A stretch of DNA of 64,000 bases from Acidobacteriota bacterium (lineage in GTDB: Bacteria; Acidobacteriota; CAIWXX01). The number at the start of each line of letters is the position of its first letter. Within the stretch, counting starts at the first letter, position 1. Below, in pieces: positions 61,273 through 64,000 of this stretch. Below the pieces are notes generated by a model. It had not been told where the DNA came from, searched no databases, and saw only the letters and a program-made list of their open reading frames with translations. Where the stretch lies: positions 1 to 64,000 of the forward strand of contig JBFMAF010000028.1 in NCBI GenBank assembly GCA_040755995.1. Direction: 5' to 3'. The translations under genes were made by a program, and so were the position numbers.

Positions 61273-61305
61273 CCCCGCCCGGGCCTCGCGGCGTGTCGAG
61301 CGGGG
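61273..61305 (-). ncRNA. Conserved structured RNA hairpin, copy C
   Basis: CCCCGC-UCG-ACAC-GCC-GCGA-GGC-C-CGG-GCGGGG downstream of a TTGACA-17-TATGTT promoter (61349-61321). Confidence 0.6.
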
Positions 61306-61524
61306 AGCAAGTGCAGTCACAACATAAGACCCTGGGGCCTTGCTGTCAACGGTCCATCATCAATCAAGACGTCGTCGAGTAGCTATTGACAATAGATGGG
61401 GTGTGCACCTTAGGGGTGCGGCCCGCGGAGGCGCGTGCGTTGAAACCGATCTGAATCGGCACTGCCCCCAGTGCAGGCCGCGCCCCGCGCGGGCGCGTGG
61501 ATGGCATTGCGAGTGAGGGCCCGC

Positions 61525-61546
61525 TATAATGCAACCTGGAGGTTGC
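61525..61546 (+). promoter_or_regulatory. -10 box and palindromic operator, probably for the ArsR regulator
   Basis: TATAAT immediately followed by GCAACC-TGGA-GGTTGC, 2 bp before the ATG. Confidence 0.7.
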
Positions 61547-61548
61547 CA

Positions 61549-62037
61549 ATGAACGCGGACCGCATCGAGAAGGAGATTCTGCTGCGCGCGCCCCGAAGTC
61601 GAGTCTGGCGCGCGCTGATCGATTCCACCGAGTTCGGGCGCTGGTTCGGTATGAGACTCGACGCGCCCTTCACACCCGGGGCCCGGTTGCAAGCCAAGAT
61701 CGTACCTACGGAGGTAGACGCCGAGGTCGCGAGGGCGCAGAAGCCGTACGAAGGCACCGCCTTCGAAATTGTCATCGGACAGATCGAGCCGGAACGACTG
61801 TTCTCCTTCCGCTGGCATCCATTCGCCGTTGAACAAGGTGTCGACTATTCCTCGGAGCCGATGACACTGGTCACATTCACGTTGGAAGAAGTCGAGGGAG
61901 GCATCTTGCTGACGGTCATCGAGTCCGGCTTTGACCAGGTCCCTCTCGATCGTCGTGCGAAGGCGTTCAGCGCGAACGAGGAAGGATGGGCCATGGTGGT
62001 GAGACTCATCGAGGGGTATCTTGTCCAGACACCGTAG
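61549..62037 (+). CDS. SRPBCC/AHSA1 family protein
   Basis: IEKEILLRAPRSRVWRAL..FSFRWHP..LTVIESGF..NEEGW. Confidence 0.9.
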   Translation: MNADRIEKEILLRAPRSRVWRALIDSTEFGRWFGMRLDAPFTPGARLQAKIVPTEVDAEVARAQKPYEGTAFEIVIGQIEPERLFSFRWHPFAVEQGVDYSSEPMTLVTFTLEEVEGGILLTVIESGFDQVPLDRRAKAFSANEEGWAMVVRLIEGYLVQTP

Positions 62038-62368
62038 CTCGCTCACCCTGGCGCGGCCAAAGAGCTCAGCGCGGCTCTTTGCCGCCCTTGGCGATGAGAC
62101 CCGCCTGCGCCTGGTCGGTCGTCTCTGCGATGACGGCCCAATGTCCATCACCGGGCTCGCCGGGGGCTTCAATGTCACCAGACAGGCTATTAGCAAGCAT
62201 CTCCGCCTGATGGAGAGCGTGGGTCTCGTGTGCAGCGCCCGGCTCGGCCGCCAGAGCATCTGGCGCCTGTCTCCGCAGCGGCTCGCAGAAGCGCGACATT
62301 ACCTCCAACTGATTACCAACCAGTGCGACGGCGCCCTCCAGAGGCTGCGGAAATTCGTCGAGGATTGA
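62021..62368 (+). CDS. ArsR/SmtB family regulator
   Basis: FAALGDETRL..TRQAISKHL..GLV. Confidence 0.9.
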   Translation: MSRHRSSLTLARPKSSARLFAALGDETRLRLVGRLCDDGPMSITGLAGGFNVTRQAISKHLRLMESVGLVCSARLGRQSIWRLSPQRLAEARHYLQLITNQCDGALQRLRKFVED

Positions 62369-62698
62369 CTGGGCCTTGGGGTCCCCACCGCGCCGCAAGA
62401 GCTGTCGTCGACCGCGGGGATGAGCGCCAGCAGGTGCTCCGGCGACCGGGGCTCCTCCATCCAGCCATGGACGCAAGCCCGCGAGTGAGCGTATTGCCAC
62501 CTGCGATCCTCGGCACAGGCTCGGTCGACATGGAGGCACACCAGTGCTATCCTCAGGACGTGGTCACGCGCCGATTGCCGCAATTCAACAGGCAAGCTCG
62601 TTTCGGGCGAAGTCCCCATGATGAACATCCTGGTGGAGCGCCCAGGGGGATTCGTCTCGGAGCAGAGGCCGAGGGCGTCAGGAAAGGAAGGGACTCAG

Positions 62699-64000
62699 AT
62701 GTCGCGATGCGATAGGTTCGCCGGGACGATAGGGGGTGTAAGCCGGAGCAGGCTGTCGACAGGCGCGGTTCTGGCGATGGTTCTGCTCGTTGTCGCGGGG
62801 CATTACGGACAGCGGGCGTCGGCTTCAGGCGGGTTCGGCGCGGCGTACGATGGCATCACCGGCAAGCAGAAGTACCGATACTCAAGCTGGGGAATCCTCG
62901 TGAAAGACCTGCTCACCGGAGAGGTGCTGTTCTCCCGGGATGCCGCACACCGTTTCGTCCCCGGCTCCACCGTCAAGAGCTTCACCTCGCTCGCGGCAAT
63001 GGACGCGCTGGGAGCGGGCCACCGCTTCGAGACTCCCGTGTACGCCGTTGGGCCCATAGGTCCCGACGGGCGCGTCGAGGGAGATCTGGTCCTCGTCGCA
63101 CAAGGCGACCCGACGCTCGGTGGCCGGACGAAGCCGGACGGCACGATCGACTTCACCAACATGGACCACGGCGACGCCAACTCGCTCGGCGGCTCGGGGC
63201 TCACACCGGAGGACCCGCTCGCCGGCGTCGATGAGCTGGCCCGGCAGGTTGCAGCGTCAGGCGTGCGGTCCGCCCGCGACGTCATCGTGGACGACCGCCT
63301 CTTCGAGGACCCGGACCTGGGCAAGGAATTCCCACTCAGCCCGATACTCATCAACGACAACCTCATCGACCTCGTCGTGAAGGCGACCCAGCCCGGCCAA
63401 CGCGCATCCGTCACCTGGCGGCCGCGGAGCGCCGCGTACCGGGTGATCTCCGAGGTCCGGACAGTCGCGGAAGATGAGACGGACATCGCCGTCAGCTCAC
63501 TGGAGCCCGGCGTGATCGAGATCCGTGGCGCCATCGCCGCCGCCGACCGCAGCACCGTGAGGACCTTCACGGTGAAAGACCCGCCCGCTTTCGCGCGGAC
63601 TTGCTTCGTTGAGGCCCTCGCGCGGCATGGAGTAGCCGTGGATGCGCCGGCGACCGGGCCGAACCCGCGCGAGCGCCTGCCGATCGGCGAGACGTTCTCT
63701 GGAACCTCGCCGGTGGCTCTGTTCACCTCACCCCCGTTCTCGGAGGACGTCAAGCTGACCCTCAAGGTCTCCCAGAACATCCACGCCGACACTTACGTAT
63801 TGCTGACCGCCGCCGCAGCCGGCGAACGGACCTTCTACGAGGGGCTGTCGAAGGAGCGGGAATCTTTCCGCGCCATGGGGATAGACCTCGACGCCCTGTG
63901 TATCGGCGACGGCGCCGGGGGTACCTCAAACGACCGGATCAGCCCGAAGGCGGCGGTCCAACTGCTCACGGCCGCTTCCCGCCGCTCGGACTTCACAGCC
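62699..64000 (+). CDS. dacB: D-Ala-D-Ala carboxypeptidase/endopeptidase (peptidase S13), 3' end outside window
   Basis: Hand translation: FVPGSTVK (SxxK), GDLVLVAQGDPTL, LKVSQN (SxN), IGDGAG; absent from the ORF track because it has no stop. Confidence 0.88.
   Translation, partial: MSRCDRFAGTIGGVSRSRLSTGAVLAMVLLVVAGHYGQRASASGGFGAAYDGITGKQKYRYSSWGILVKDLLTGEVLFSRDAAHRFVPGSTVKSFTSLAAMDALGAGHRFETPVYAVGPIGPDGRVEGDLVLVAQGDPTLGGRTKPDGTIDFTNMDHGDANSLGGSGLTPEDPLAGVDELARQVAASGVRSARDVIVDDRLFEDPDLGKEFPLSPILINDNLIDLVVKATQPGQRASVTWRPRSAAYRVISEVRTVAEDETDIAVSSLEPGVIEIRGAIAAADRSTVRTFTVKDPPAFARTCFVEALARHGVAVDAPATGPNPRERLPIGETFSGTSPVALFTSPPFSEDVKLTLKVSQNIHADTYVLLTAAAAGERTFYEGLSKERESFRAMGIDLDALCIGDGAGGTSNDRISPKAAVQLLTAASRRSDFTA

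Noticed and set aside
60043..61349. Repeats as a CRISPR array
   Set aside because: Units are long, irregularly spaced and contain promoter and ORF remnants; no repeat-spacer periodicity
62803..63792. 329-aa minus-strand ORF
   Set aside because: Antisense to the dacB-like gene

Overview
GC-rich bacterial window; the Oar-type TonB-dependent receptor, the ECF sigma/Ser-Thr kinase pair and a PFOR suggest an anaerobic Acidobacteriota-like organism (inference). The left half carries two divergent operons for very large signal-peptide-bearing Rhs/YD-repeat proteins. The first (>2550 aa, runs off the left edge) is absent from the ORF track. The second has seven Ig-like domains inserted inside the Rhs repeat region. 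Downstream of the second Rhs lies a compact integrative element: DUF433/DUF5615 TA pair, XRE repressor, overlapping divergent promoters, CHC2-TOPRIM primase-helicase, two Xer-like recombinases and iteron-like repeats. It ends where an orphan Rhs core plus a different toxin tip begins, which suggests toxin-tip replacement. The right half holds metabolic genes (PFOR, DHOD-like, cysteine synthase-like, C45 hydrolase, DacB), several decayed genes (Ser/Thr kinase, group II intron, lgt), a degenerate integrase-less attC cassette cluster rich in TA genes, and a double SNF2/SWIM operon. A MazEF-like pair is flanked by three copies of a structured-RNA hairpin plus miniature NYN ORF unit, two with their own promoter. 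All calls come from reading motifs by eye; no database searches were run.
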